Below are positions 12,705 to 26,345 of a stretch of DNA of 64,000 bases, piece after piece. The position numbers were made by a program, and so were the translations under genes. The stretch lies in assembly GCF_006345805.1 (NCBI RefSeq), contig NC_043010.1, positions 65,658,001 to 65,722,000 of the forward strand, given 5' to 3'. This DNA comes from Octopus sinensis (taxonomy: Eukaryota). Positions within the stretch are counted from its first letter, which is position 1. Every line of letters begins with the position of its first letter. The notes beneath the pieces were generated by a model, which was not told the DNA's origin, searched no databases, and saw only the letters and a list, made by a program, of their open reading frames with translations.

Positions 12705-13185
12705 CTTTGTATTATACTTCCTCTCTGTCAAAGGGGACCTTTTAGCCTTCCAAATTATACAGTGATTTTACTAGATCTGGTCCTACAAAAAAAACTCACC
12801 CAATTCACCTTGTAAAGTGCTTGGCATTAGGAAGGGCATCCAGCTGTACAAACTATATTAAAATGGAGAATGGAGCTTCCTGTTGTCCTCTGACACGATG
12901 GACTTGATGCTGTCAAACCATCCTAACTCATGCCAGCATGGAAATGGATATTAAATGATGATGAGCATATTTGATATGTGTGTGTGTGTGTATGTTAATA
13001 ACATCTAGAAAGTGGTGCTATTTCCATTCAATAAAGTGTATAGAATTTTGACAGAAGGAACTGATGTCATCAAAAGGTATCCAACGTTTTTCAGATGTTT
13101 TGACCCTGAACCATAACATATTCCTCTGTGTGTGTGTGTGTGTGTATATATCCAGATAGATAGATAGATACATACATACATACAT

Positions 13186-13216
<31 letters not shown>

Positions 13217-13369
13217 TACACACACACATACATACATACATACATGCATACATACATACATACATACATACATACATACATACATACATACATAATTAGA
13301 TAGACAGATAGACAGATAGATAGACCGACAGACAGACAGACAGACAGGCTGATAAATAGATAGATAGAT

Positions 13370-13410
<41 letters not shown>

Positions 13411-13814
13411 TAGATATGTAGAGAGATAGGTGGATAGATAGATATACAGATAGATGTATAGATAGAGAGATAGTGAGATTGATAGACGGACAGGTAGAAA
13501 ATAGACAGACAGACAGACAGATAGATAGATAGATAGATATACGCATAAGTATATACAAAGGATTAAGATCCTTCTCAATTCATTTAGCCTCTGGTTTCCC
13601 AGTTTGTGTGACATATATATTAACCCCTAGATGTGATATTAGTCCATTGTGAGGTTATTTGTTTTTGCCACTTGAGTAAACAGGACTAAAATGTAATGTG
13701 GTGCTTTGTTCAAGAACTCAATGCATCACTCAGTCCAGGAACCAAGACCATTATCAAACACACTACCCACTAAACCACATGCCTCCACTTATACGTAATA
13801 TATGTTATATGTAG

Positions 13815-13980
13815 CCTCCTTCTTTTTCTTTTGGACTTTCCTATGTCTCCTGTTTCCGAAGAAGAGCTATGATTGAAATATAAAAAACAACCACTCTTTC
13901 CTTCTCTGAGTGCCTCATTAATACCTTGAATGTATTATGTCCTCGCATTGTTTTTTCTTGTCTTTTTGTCTCTGTTTTTT
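13815..13980 (+). mobile_element. Degenerate copy of pLTR-like family 1 (hammerhead remnant CCGAAGA...GAAA)
   Basis: Aligns by eye with 29890-30045 and 32390-32600. Confidence 0.55.
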
Positions 13981-14394
13981 TTTTAATTAATTAATTATAC
14001 ATTTATAGTCCCCTTCATACTTTCTTCCTCTTTTCTTTTTCTCGCTCCCCCCCTCTCTCTCACATTTCTTGGGCCTCTCTTTCTTTAACTCTTACTTTTC
14101 CTCCTCATTTATCTCCCCTGTACTTTTCCCTTTGTCTCTGATTTTTTTTGTAATCCTTCAATCCCACTGCCCCCTACCCTTCTCTCCTCCTTCCATGCGA
14201 CCAGTGTCCAGCGATCCATGATCTTTCTTCTTGTCCTCACTGCTGACCGCCAACACCTCTTGTGTCCATCTCCTATGTTCCTGCCTTTAGGCTTTCACTT
14301 CATACACACCATCTCAATTTGATTCGTTCTCAGTCGAAAGACACCTGTTGTTATATTCTTGTTGTTTGTATTTGTAATTGTGTACTATCATCAT

Positions 14395-14590
14395 CATCAT
14401 CATCGTTTAACGTCCGTTTTCCGCGCTAGCACGGGTTGGACGGTTCGACCGGGGTCTGGGAAGCCAGGGGCTGCACCAGGCTCCAGTCTGATCTGGCAGT
14501 GTTTCTACAGCTGGATGCCCTTCCTAATGCCAACCACTCTGTGAGTGTAGTGGGTGCTTTTTACGTGCCACCTGCACAGGTGCCAGGGGG
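14395..14590 (-). mobile_element. RTE 3' terminal fragment
   Basis: Reverse complement of the RTE 3' UTR end with (GAT)n. Confidence 0.85.
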
Positions 14591-14865
14591 CGTCTACCAT
14601 CGGCCACAATCGGCTGGTGCTTTTAACGTGCCTTGTTTTTTGTCTTTGTTGCCATACACATTCGCTAGCTTTCTTACAAAAAAAATCTAATGCTCTTATC
14701 TTAGACTTTTTTGCAGGGCAACAAGATCGATCTGTCTCAAGTGTAACTGCCCAAAATGGTAAGGACATCTGGTATCTTGACTGAAAAAAGAAGGCCGTGA
14801 ATGACCCATCTTATTTTTCCCCTGTCCTTCTAATTGTTGTTTCTCCAGTCCAATAAGTACTAGGC

Positions 14866-15191
14866 TTTTTTAAAGCCTAGTACTTATTCTATCGGTCTCT
14901 TTTGCTGAACCGCTAAATTACGGGGATGTAAACCCCTACTGTCAGCATCGGTTGTCAAGCGATGTTGGGGGACAAACACAGACACACAAACATATACACT
15001 CACACATACATACATATATAGATATATATACATACTACGGGCTTCTTTCAGTTTCCGTCTACCAAATCCACTCACAAAGCTTTGGTTGGCCAGAGGCTAT
15101 AGTAGAAGACACTTGCCCAAGGTACCACGCAGTGGGACTGAACCCGGAACCATGTAAGTAAGCTGCTTACCACACAGCCACTCCTACGCCT
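14866..15191 (-). mobile_element. SINE-A
   Basis: Reverse complement of head and body. Confidence 0.85.
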
Positions 15192-16039
15192 ATGTATATA
15201 TATATATATATATACACATACCTACATACATATATATATGTGTGTGTGTGTGTTATATTTATATTCATATATATATATATATATTATATACACACATATA
15301 TATACATATATATACACACATATATACACACACATATATGTGTGTGTGTATTTATATATATATATATATACAGACATATATATGGATACATATATATGCA
15401 TACACTCACACACCACACAAATGATGTGTACCTAAATTTTGTATATAGTGGTTCTACGTGTGTATGTGTGTGCGTGTTGATGTGTGAGTGTGTGTGTGTG
15501 TGTGTAATTGCATCTGTATGTGTGTATGTGTGTTTGGTGGTGTGGAGTGGTTCTTGGCATGCCAAACGGAGGCTGTTTGCCGCAGTCTCCCTTGCTCCAC
15601 TCTCAATATCACGAACTACCTCCGTCGCCGTCGCCAAAACCACCACCACCACTACCACCACCAAGACATGTCCCACATCCTCTTCCACACCTACCAATCT
15701 ATTATAGTTCAGTGTATGACTCCAGTGGAATTATCACTATTATCACCGCTTAGTAACATTAGTACTGGCTAAATCTACTTCATACTTCCGTCTGCTAAGT
15801 GAGCCTCAGTGTGACTGGTTGATGTTCGACATGCTAGAAATAGCAGCCAATTCTCCCTCAAATTAAACCCGGCGTTTTATTTTCTTTCTTTCTTTGTTTC
15901 TTTTTTTTTTACAGGATGGGCATGGTTAGAATGTTCCTGATCGTTTGGTACTCAGTGACGCTAACCGTCTGCTAAATAACGTCTGGGGCCATCACACACA
16001 CACACACACACACACATACATCACACACGACAAACGTCG

Positions 16040-16092
16040 AAGTGGTCACTACTACGACTGCTACTATTACTACTACTATTACTACCACCACC

Positions 16093-16124
<32 letters not shown>

Positions 16125-16414
16125 TAATTTCCACCAACGAAATCTTGCCTGTAATGACTCCTGACCTTCGAGAAACAGCAGCCAAATCTCTTCTCGTTAC
16201 GTCTTATTGGTTCGAAATAAGAAGGACAAGGACAAGGACATGTACAAAAAGACGGGATGGTCACGAGTGGGTTTCTTGACATCACTGCTGACCTAAGCAA
16301 CACCATCGCAACTACCGGTATCACCACCACCATCATCATTACAACGACCATCGAACTACCACCACCACCAACAACAACAACATAAACAGCTACTGCTACT
16401 ACTACTACTACTAT

Positions 16415-16467
<53 letters not shown>

Positions 16468-16860
16468 TTACTACTACTACTACTACTATTACTACTATTA
16501 CTACTTCTACTATTACTATTACTACTTCTACTATTACTATTACTACTACTATTACTACTACTACTACTACTACTGACAAAAACAGCACCACTCCCTCCAC
16601 CATCACCGAAACCACAGCCAGTAAACAACGACATTGGTAGCACCACCAACCAGTAGAATTCAAACCAACAACTTTACCACTACCACCACCACCGCCACCG
16701 CCACCACAACCATCATAATCATCATCATCATCATCATCATCACTAGTAAAACAATCAACATCATTATTAGCCGCCGCCGCCGCCGCCGCCACCATCATCA
16801 GTGCTATCAATACCACACCCACCATCATCATAATCACAAGCAGCAGCAGCAGCAGAAGTT
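16040..16860. repeat. Compound trinucleotide arrays (ACT, ACC, CAT, GCC, CAG)
   Basis: Directly visible; source of the poly-V/poly-S ORFs. Confidence 0.92.
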
Positions 16861-17052
16861 TACAAAAAAAAAAAAAAAAAATCTAGGACAATATTTTTTT
16901 TTTCTGTCAAATTTCTTTGCCCGGTTTTACTTCCTTTAGAGTTTGAGCTTCTCTCCGCTGTAAGTAAAATTTCCCGTCTTTACTACAATGTTTTAAATCA
17001 TGTATGTATGTATGATGTATGTATGTATGTTTGTATGTATGATGTATGTATG

Positions 17053-17096
<44 letters not shown>

Positions 17097-17232
17097 AATA
17101 AAGCAACAAGAATGGCTCAATATTTCGGTACAATTTGCTTGTACCGTATATATATATATATATGTTGATGTGTGTAGCTGAGTTATTATGCCAATATTAA
17201 CACACACACACAAAAACAATACACACACACAC

Positions 17233-17282
<50 letters not shown>

Positions 17283-18739
17283 GTGTGTATGTACAGAGAA
17301 AGGGGGAGAGATTTATACATACATATATGTATGCATAAAGAGATGTGTATGCATATATATGTGTGTGTATGTAGTGTGTATGTGTATATATATATATGTG
17401 TGTATGTATGTATGTATGTATGAATATATATCTGTGTATATGTAAGGTGTTTACATCGGCAATATACACATGTATATACATGATAATATACACACATACT
17501 TGTTTAAGGGTCTCTATATGTTTTTTGTATGTGTATGTGTTTTTACATGTGTGTGTGTGTATATATTACTATTGTTATCACTTTAGGTACGAACACACAC
17601 ACTCGCACATACACACGTGTGTGTGTGTGTGTGTGTAATACGTTTGTATTTATCTCATTCGAGTTGTGTATTGACTGATGTATATAACATTTATCCAGTC
17701 CTCTAGCCCTAATTTACGTGGTCTTTTAAGCTGCAAGAAACAGCAGCTAAATATCCTTGAAATCATTCCCTAACAATTTAGAGTGTATTGTACTTGGTTT
17801 GCCAGGATATCGGATAAAATGATGGGATGGTCACGGCCACAATATTGTTGTTATTTTTATCATGGTCCGCTCGATGAGGACTGCTGAGTATAAACAAGAA
17901 TGGGCGGACAAAATACAGTTAATAATTTCTTTTATTAACCAGAGGTGGTGATGAGGGGGACATCATAAGGACAGACAACAATCTGAGTAGGGATTTACAT
18001 ACAGGATGGGATGAAAAAAATGAAAAGACAGGGAAATGGAAATGCGGAAAAAGTATAGATAGTATACAAAGTGTGTGATGCAGGAGAAACTTCAGCTAGG
18101 ACCAATTAAGGGACCCCATAGATCCAGGATTACCCTGACCACGAAAGGTACGAGTTCTCTCATGTTCGCTAAACTACAGGCACGTACTCAAAGTAGGGCC
18201 ATTCACTCTTACCATTTTTGTCACAGTCAAGATGAAAATTATCTACGCCCCGCCACCTCCAAAATAAGAAAGAAAATTCTCAATTTTAGTATCGTTCCTA
18301 TTTTAGTATATATATTGCCAAAGCAAATCAATCAAACTGACCTTTGGTCAGTTTTGAACATTAAAGCAACAATGCGTTTAAAGCATTTAATCCGAAATTT
18401 CAGGATTAAATGTAAAATTAACTTAACGTCAGAATTAATTTAGTGTAAAGCATGACCTAAGGGAGGGATTTGCCTACTTTATCTAGAAGGGCGAGCGACT
18501 GTGTAGACAGGATCTTACGTTAAGGTCGCGCATGTATGTTTGTACGTGTATGTGTGCATGTACATGCACATGTACATATATGTGTATGTACGCGCGACTG
18601 TGTCTGTATATATGTACCTATATGTTTGTATGTTATACAATTGTGTACGTAGGTGTGTTTGTATGTATGTATGAATGTCTCTTCTATTTTTTAATTACTA
18701 TAAAACTTCCACTGAGGAGGGAGCCGGTTTCCAACAAAG

Positions 18740-19445
18740 ATACAAGGTTCCATCTTTGGGATGTAGTTAAAAGACAAATTCACATTTGGAACTGTTCCAC
18801 CCACAGATTGCACTTCTCTACGAATTAGTTGGTCGATTTCTCTTTCTGAAAATCCCAGTTTATCCAGATTCACCTTTAAGCATTTACTAACAAAACCTAA
18901 TGCTCCAATTATTATTGGTATGAATATGAATTCATAGTCTGGATATAGAAGCTGGAGGTGTCTATCATACATTCATATTGTTGTCCATAGATATCCTCAT
19001 TTTCTTTGATTTCAAAGAGATATTTATATCTGCAGGGCAGCTGACCTCTATGATGGTACATACCTTTGCCCCTCTGTCCCAAACAACAATATCCGGACTG
19101 TTATGTTTACATTTGACAGAGGTTTTGATGGGAATATTCAACCAGTATTCATTGAGTTGGTGTCTATGAATGTATTCCATAACAGAGGGATTTTCTAAGT
19201 TTATTTCATGACAGTCTTTTTTGCGGATGTCATGTAAATTGTTTTAGTTACAACATCCTGTCGCATAGGAAGGTAGTACCGTGACGACATTTTAGGACAG
19301 CTGCTAATCACATGCGTGATGTCTTCCACAGAAACATGACATAGCCTACACATGCGGTTGCACCTTCGTATTACAGGAGCGTCACTGTCTCTCTTGTTCA
19401 CCAAGTACTTTGTGGTTCCTGTACCTGGATTGCAAACGCATAGCC
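18740..19445 (-). pseudogene. R4-like non-LTR retrotransposon C-terminus (CCHC knuckle plus restriction-like endonuclease), frameshifted
   Basis: CRLCHVSVEDITHVISSC, RQD, PDIVVWD...IIEVSCPAD, IPIIIGALG across three broken frames; motif order is typical of RLE-bearing R2/R4-group elements. Confidence 0.8.
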
Positions 19446-19924
19446 TTCAAAGTGTGATATGACGTAGTGATCTTAAGTCCAAGGGAGGCAGCGCTTCGTG
19501 TCAATTCTACTGTCTTCAATTTTTTTTTATTGTATGCTGAGTGCTTTCCATCCAGGTCTTTACTGAGGTTAAGAGAGTGTTTCTTGAGGTGTGAGTTCGA
19601 GTCTCATGCGTACGAAAAACCCACTTTTCCCGTCGAGGGCGTATATACCCCAATACACACACACACACCAATTCCTCCTTTATCTCCTAACTTTAATCAC
19701 CACTTTTCACTTGATATGGCCCACACCCATTATAATAATTTTTTTTATGGACTGACAAATTTTTTTGCCTTCACAGTGTTTACCATTTTACAAAATTTAG
19801 AAAATTGGACAAAACAGAACACAATTGAAAAGCTTAAAAATAAAAAAAGAGAAAAATAGAAGAAATACCAAAGCAATTCACCGCCTTGGATTGAAAAGTT
19901 GGGGGCACTGGAAAACCTCTCTAA

Positions 19925-20280
19925 TGGCTATTGAGGCATGCCAGTATACTAACAGTGTTGCTGCAGGTGATGGCGAGGCTGACACGCTGGAACAGTCAAG
20001 CGCCCTCATGAGCCTCACCAGTTACCTCTGCAAGGCGAGTTGCCAGTGAGGACAGGAATCTCGCAGTTAGTGGTCCGACCGCACCAAACATCTCAAACGC
20101 CACAGGATGGAAAAATGTAGTTAGCCGATAGATCGCAATATTTCAGTATTTTGTTCCGCTCAGCTGCAGAAGCTGTGGATCTCTCCCTGACCGCAGCATC
20201 CAGGATGAGAGAAGAAGCAAAGGAGTCGCTAACTGTGACATCCCAGACAAGACATCAGGGGCGCAGGGTGTTTGCAAATA
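19925..20280 (-). pseudogene. CRE-like retrotransposon RLE domain remnant
   Basis: My translation: LVWDVTVSDSFASS...AAERNKILKYCDL...YIF / HPVAFEMFG...FLSSLATRL...LFQRVSLAI, with one frameshift and one stop; not in the ORF track. Confidence 0.75.
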
Positions 20281-20339
20281 AGGAAGAATTTATTTCAATA
20301 ATTCTCCCCTCTCTCTCTTTCGGAGAGGCACTGAGCAGC

Positions 20340-20508
20340 TATACGCACACATACACACACGGCAGTAACTTCCACCTACCGAATTCAATCACAAAGCTTC
20401 GGTCGGCTCGGGGCTATAGTGGAAGACACCTACCCAAAGTGCCATGCAGTGGGACTGAACCCGAAACCATGTAGCTAGGAAGCAAGCTCCCTAACCACAC
20501 AGCCATGC
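20340..20508 (-). mobile_element. SINE-A head, diverged
   Basis: gggactgaacccgaaaccatg and caagtg motifs. Confidence 0.75.
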
Positions 20509-20773
20509 CCATTAAGTTGATTGGTATTTACAAACATGAATTGACATTTGTTGCAGGTTTTAATCTAAACCCCTTTAAAGCTGGGATGTTTGTGTCATTG
20601 AACCAATCACCCACGGCTTCATGCAAGTTAGTGGAAGCAGGAACAATTACACATCCATTTATCCATCACATATCTGTTCACAGCAGAAAGGAATCTGTTC
20701 TAAATTTGAGAGAAGAAGAATTACGTACATTATTTACATTTGATGGATATTTGTCCTCATCTTGTTTGTTGTT

Positions 20774-20819
20774 AACACAACATTATGGCTGATATACTCT
20801 CCAGCCTTCATCGAGTGTC
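20774..20819 (-). ncRNA. Degenerate minimal hammerhead, family 3
   Basis: GACAC-UCGAUGA-A-GGCUG/CAGCC-AUAA-UGUU-GUGUU; core mutated, stems I and II intact. Confidence 0.55.
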
Positions 20820-20966
20820 TTGGGAAAATTTCAAACCTAGGTTCTCATATGCCCACAGGCTACTAACCCCAAGAACAAAGGCTACTAGCACCAAGTTCCA
20901 AGTTCGATTCCAGGCAGTGACCTGAATAATATTGGTATTAATAATAATAATAATAATAATAATAAT

Positions 20967-21520
20967 GCCCTGATGCAGTACCAGACAGTGGATCCCATGG
21001 CTTCTGATCTTAACTGAATGGAATTGTTATCATGTACATTGTTTTGTTGAGGTATAAAATATGGGCTACAGCAAATATTCTGCTCAATACCACAGATTTG
21101 CTTGTCAGTTGTTTGACCTTAACCAGTTGAGCATGTCCCTCAGTAGCTGACGATATGTGCATCTCTGATCACCAGCAGAAGTAGAGAGGGAGCATCATAG
21201 CCATGTGTTGAGAGGAATTCTTGGAGGTTTGGATAATTCACCTTTGGAAACATGGGCAGTTCGTTCAACATCCTTAAACAATCCTTATTCAGGGACCTTT
21301 TGAGCGGGATGAGCTACTCGACCAGAAGAAAATTCTAACTGGGCCCCAACTGCAAGGTCATGCGCTGTTTAACTTGACATGAGATCACCATGTTGTGCAC
21401 ATATGGTTGTGATGCATGTGCCTGGTGTACCCTTTTCAGACGGGTTGTTATGATGGGTATACTGGGCTTCGTATATTTTACCCCAGTGTCACTTTGATGG
21501 CATGCACTGCTCTCTCACTC
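20967..21520. mobile_element. 554-bp unclassified element bounded on both sides by (TAA)n
   Basis: Non-repetitive block with microsatellite flanks, no ORF of 60 aa or more. Confidence 0.5.
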
Positions 21521-21605
21521 AATAATGATGATGATAATAATAATAACAACAACAACATTGGAAAAATACCTTAGGAATAAGAACCCAGGTTTGAAATTTA
21601 CCCAA

Positions 21606-21648
21606 GACACCTAATGAAGGCTGGAGGGTATATCAGCTGAAATGTGTT
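21606..21648 (+). ncRNA. Degenerate minimal hammerhead, family 3
   Basis: GACAC-CUAAUGA-A-GGCUG/CAGCU-GAAA-UGUGUU; inverted partner of 20774-20819. Confidence 0.55.
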
Positions 21649-21936
21649 AACAACGAACAAGATGAGGACAAATATCTGTCAAATGTAAATAATGTGGAAA
21701 GGAATCTGTCCATCCATTTATTTATTGTTGTTATTGTTTATCACTGCAGTAACGCAGAGCATAAATACAGACCCTTGTTTTTCTTTTTAAGTGATGTCTC
21801 ATCAGGCTCACAATCATGAGGTAGTGAGTTCAATTTACGTTGCTCCAGTTCATTTAGCTGTAGTTGTGAAGTCACTGGGGCCTTTCCCTTGGGTAACATC
21901 AGTGATGTGGAGAAGGGAAGCTGGTATGCATATATA

Positions 21937-21968
<32 letters not shown>

Positions 21969-22097
21969 AATATTAGGGAGTAAATCCAAATTTACAGGGA
22001 ATATTTTATATATTTTGTATATTATATTAATTTTATTTCTATGTTTTGGTTTATGTTTTTCACTGTTTGATTTGCCTAATAGTGGTTTTATCTCTAA

Positions 22098-22147
<50 letters not shown>

Positions 22148-22362
22148 TTATATATATAATATATATATATATATATCATCATCATCATCATTTTTACATT
22201 AATTTTCCATACTGGCATGAGTTGAATGGTTTGACTGGAGCTGATAGTGCCAGGGGCCATTCCAGGCCATATTGTCTCTTTTGGTAGGATTTCTATGGCT
22301 GAATGCTCTTCTTAATGCCAAACACTTTACAGAGTGTTCAGGTGCATTATATGTGGCACCAG

Positions 22363-23231
22363 TACTTGATGGGCAAATTGTCGCCATTTTATATTTTTAA
22401 TTTCACCCATGCGCACTGTTTCTGTTAGAGTTTGTCGCCTACACAGTTTGGTAGGGTCAGCTGGGCACCATCTGTGAGAAAAAGCAGCACCATGACACAA
22501 TGCATTCTTTGGAAACAACATGCTGTAATGCTTCACATTCATGGCAGAATCTTTAATGCAAACACTTCAGAGTGTTTGAGTGTCAATATGAGGACAGTGC
22601 AATTTGGGGACATGCACTGAAAATGATAAAAATCAAACATCCAGTCAACATCATGGTGTTTGGAGTGATCACTAGGGATGGCAACGTTATGCTTCCAGTC
22701 ATCTTCCCACATAGCCTCAGATTCAACACAGAGGCCTACATCGAGTGCCTGGAGGATGTAGTGCTGCCCTGGGTCAAGAGGGTGGCTGCTGGAAGACTCT
22801 ATGTCTAGCAACAGGACTCCCTACCATGCCACAGACGCAGGAGAACCCAGTCATGGCTGTCAGACAATTTCTGTGACCACATCACCCCTAACTCCTGGCC
22901 ACCTAACTCCCCAGACTACAACCCCCTTGATTATTATGTGTGGGGCAGAGTTGAGCGAGAGACCAACAAAATTCCTTGTAACACCAAAGATGAGCTGAAG
23001 GCAAAGATTATGGCAGCATTCACCAACTTAAACAAGGAGACCATCCAGAAGAGTTGCAGGCGATTCCGAAGTCGTCTGGCAGCCGTAGTTGAAGCCAATG
23101 GTAATTTTATTGAATAAATTTACTGTTTAGTATTTCAAGATATTTTCATGTAACTTTGGTAAATATATCTGTTAAACTGAGATGTCAGTGTTATTTTAAT
23201 TTAGACGACAGTTTATTCACCGCATCCAGTA
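22363..23231 (+). mobile_element. Internally deleted Tc1/mariner DD37D (maT-type) transposon
   Basis: N-terminal HTH-like piece from ATG 22492 fused to KHPVNIMVFG...YV*QQD (D at 22815) ...WPPNSPDYNPLD (D at 22929), 37 residues between the Ds; stop at 23115-23117; degenerate TIRs and TA ends. Confidence 0.88.
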
Positions 23232-23308
23232 TATACACACACACACACACTTATATACACTCACACACATACATGCACACACACATCTATAAATATATAT
23301 ATATATAT

Positions 23309-23354
<46 letters not shown>

Positions 23355-23374
23355 CTGCACACCCCCCCACATAA

Positions 23375-23625
23375 AAAGCACCATCCGAACGTGGCCGATG
23401 CCAGACCCCTCTGGCACCTGTGCAGGTGGCACGTAAAAAACACCCACTACACTCGCGGAGTGGTTGGCGTTAGGAAGGGCATCCAGCTGTAGAAACACTG
23501 CCAGACTAGACTGGAGCCTGGGGCAGTCCCGAGCTCCCCAGACCCCGGTCGAAACCGTCCAACCCGTGCTAGCGCGGAAAACGGACGTTAAACGATGATG
23601 ATGATGATGATGATGATATACACAC
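23375..23625 (+). mobile_element. RTE 3' terminal fragment
   Basis: Matches the RTE 3' UTR with (GAT)n tail. Confidence 0.85.
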
Positions 23626-23989
23626 ACACATTAGTATATACATGCATATCCACATTTGCAGATACACGCGCACACAGTCATGCATACACACATATTAAAC
23701 ACACCAATAGGAAAAACCAAAGCATAAGGAGTATATAATTATATAGACGTTTGTAACATATATATGGAGACATTTCAAAGGATATCAGTCATTTGAGTAA
23801 GATATATGATACGTATGCACGATGTATGTGTGTGTATGTGTGTGAATGTGGTCCATGTGTAATTGTATGACATTATAAACAGCAAAGTAGGACAGAAAAG
23901 GTTTCACTTGTGCAGTCGGTAGCTTGTGGAAGATGAAAGTGTGTGTGTGTGTTTATGTATACTTATTTTTTATCATTCTTTCTATATGC

Positions 23990-24065
23990 ATATACATACA
24001 TATACATATGTGTATGTATGTATATATTACGTGTGTATGTATGTATGTATGTATATATATGTATG

Positions 24066-24112
<47 letters not shown>

Positions 24113-24413
24113 GTATGTATGTATGTATGATTGTATGTATGTATATGTATGTATGTATATATATGTATGTATAGTATGTATGTATATGATGTATGTATAT
24201 ATATATATATATATATATATTAATATATATATAATGTATGTTATGTATGTATATGTATGTATGTATATGTATGTATGTATATGTATGTATGTATATATAT
24301 GTATGTATATGTATGTATGTATATGTATGTATGTATATTATATATATGTATGTATATGTATGTATGTATGTATGTATATATATATGTATGTATATATGTA
24401 TGTTGTATGTATG

Positions 24414-24448
<35 letters not shown>

Positions 24449-24570
24449 GTATGTATATATATGTATATATATGTATATGTATATATGTATGCATATGTGT
24501 ATATATATATATTATATGTATATATGTATGTATATATATATTATTATATATATATATATATATATATGCA
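23990..24570. repeat. (TA)/(TATG)n microsatellite block
   Basis: Directly visible. Confidence 0.95.
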
Positions 24571-24829
24571 GGGAAAACAACTGTAGTGGTTTTGAATAAG
24601 AAATTTCATGAATTCCATTTCCTGTCTGTAATCAATTTATATAAACTCTATGGATACTACAGAATTTCTGAAATAAATCTAGTAGCAGGAGCATCTCAAC
24701 TGTATGATGACATCAGGTAGCCAGTAAATGTGGACATGCTTTACACAGCATTCTACGAGCTTTATTTTTATCCAAATATAACTTAACTATATTTGTATAT
24801 ATGTATATTTTGTTTAACCGTTTAGAATT

Positions 24830-25040
24830 TAAACCAGCCATAACCAACCCAAATATACAACCTGGTTTATGTTCAAGCTAGTCAGATCTGATTTTCACAC
24901 CTACACCACAAAGACATTCTGGAAATATACAATCACATCATTAAAATCTCAAAGCCCTGAGATAATGCATGATTCATTCAAAATAATGGGAATAAATAAG
25001 TGTTGCCTTTGACGGAATAATCTGAATGCTAAAGGGTTAA
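24830..25040 (-). mobile_element. piggyBac-like MITE family 1 (ends ...aatgctaaaggg|ttaa)
   Basis: Same family as 41395-41580, 45611-46021 and 33720-33885. Confidence 0.6.
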
Positions 25041-25379
25041 TGTCTTTTTTCCCATGTTAGTATAGGTTAGCCAAATACATATTACTAATGAAGTGCTGTT
25101 TTGCAGCTGGGATATCCTGTTCCTTAATAATCTTTACCTGTTTTTAAGCAAGGGTTTTTTTTTACTCCACATATTTTCAGAGGGCAGTTTTGCTGACAGA
25201 GAATATCACATGCACACACACACACACACACACACACGAAATGATCATGTTTGATATACACAAAAGGAGTAAATTGATACGCTATACTGGATATCCAGTG
25301 TAAATAACAGACACACAAGCAGGCTAGCAGAAATGTTAGACGTTTTACGTCCTGCTGCACTGATTAGCTCCAAACAAGT

Positions 25380-25990
25380 GCAGTCTTCTTTCTTGCACAC
25401 AACATCTGACGCCTCTTCTACACAGTTTGCCTCTTAAATCCTTTACTTTTTGTCACACTTGCACACAGGCCATTTACTCCAGCAGAGCATTCTATCTTCA
25501 TTTCTCTCAAGCCTTCATAAATCCTCTGTCGTCAAAGCCCACGTTGCACTGCCATCTAACATCTACACATACACAGGCTCTCTGAACTTTACCGAGCGTG
25601 TTCTTATCTTAGCAACTATACTTTCAACTCCTTCTCCCGTTGCTAACTTTGTCTCCTAGATAAAAATGCTATCTGCAACTTTTCACGACGTTATCTACTT
25701 ATTATACTAGCACATTTGCAACACACAACACTATATTCTCCGTTAACCTTCATCTGATACCACTACACCAACGCTTTCCCTGGATACAACATATGGAGTT
25801 TCTACAGACACCCTTTTTACATATCAAGTAGAGCCATCTCCGAGAAGGGACTTGTGATATTTCTGTTTTCCCACTTACTAGGACTTTGGTTTCTGCTAAA
25901 TTAGATCTAAAACCCTTAGATTCCAGGCCATGTTTCGACACAAAAAATATAATCTCCCGCCAGGTAAACAATTTTTTAAATCATTATTAC
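25380..25990 (-). pseudogene. Old RTE RT fragment including the Cys-rich insert
   Basis: GLESKGFRSNLAETKVLVS...RWLYLICKKGVCRNSICC. Confidence 0.7.
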
Positions 25991-26019
25991 ATGTCACTGG
26001 TAATCTGTATGTTCATCAT

Positions 26020-26345
26020 CATCATCATCATCATCATCGTTTAACGTCTGCTTTCCATGCTAGCATGGGTTGGACGGTTCAACTGGGGTTTGGGAAGCCC
26101 GAAGGCTGCACCAGGCCAGTCAGATCTGGCAGTGTTTCTACAGCTGGATGCCCTTCCTAACGCCAACCACGCCAAGTGTGTAGTGGGTGATTTTATGTGC
26201 CACCGACACAGGTGCCAGACGAGGCTGGTGAACGGCCACGCTCGGATGATGTTTTTTACGTGCCACCGGCACGGAGGCCAGTCAATGCGGTACTGGCTAC
26301 GGCCACGTTCGGATGGTTTTCGTATGTGCCACCGGCACTGGTACC
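26020..26345 (-). mobile_element. RTE 3' UTR fragment
   Basis: Reverse complement of the RTE tail with two to three internal repeat units. Confidence 0.85.

Noticed and set aside
17862-17910. gtccgc...gcggac stem around TCGATGA
   Set aside because: GAAA is missing; it looks like a decayed repeat tail
18075-18443. 122-aa ORF
   Set aside because: No recognisable domain or splice signals
19555-19620. tRNA-like T-arm GTGAG-TTCGAGT-CTCAT
   Set aside because: No matching D arm, anticodon arm or acceptor stem
24661-24717. Candidate exon RISEINLVAGASQLYDDI
   Set aside because: Weak acceptor and donor; phase incompatible with the supported exons
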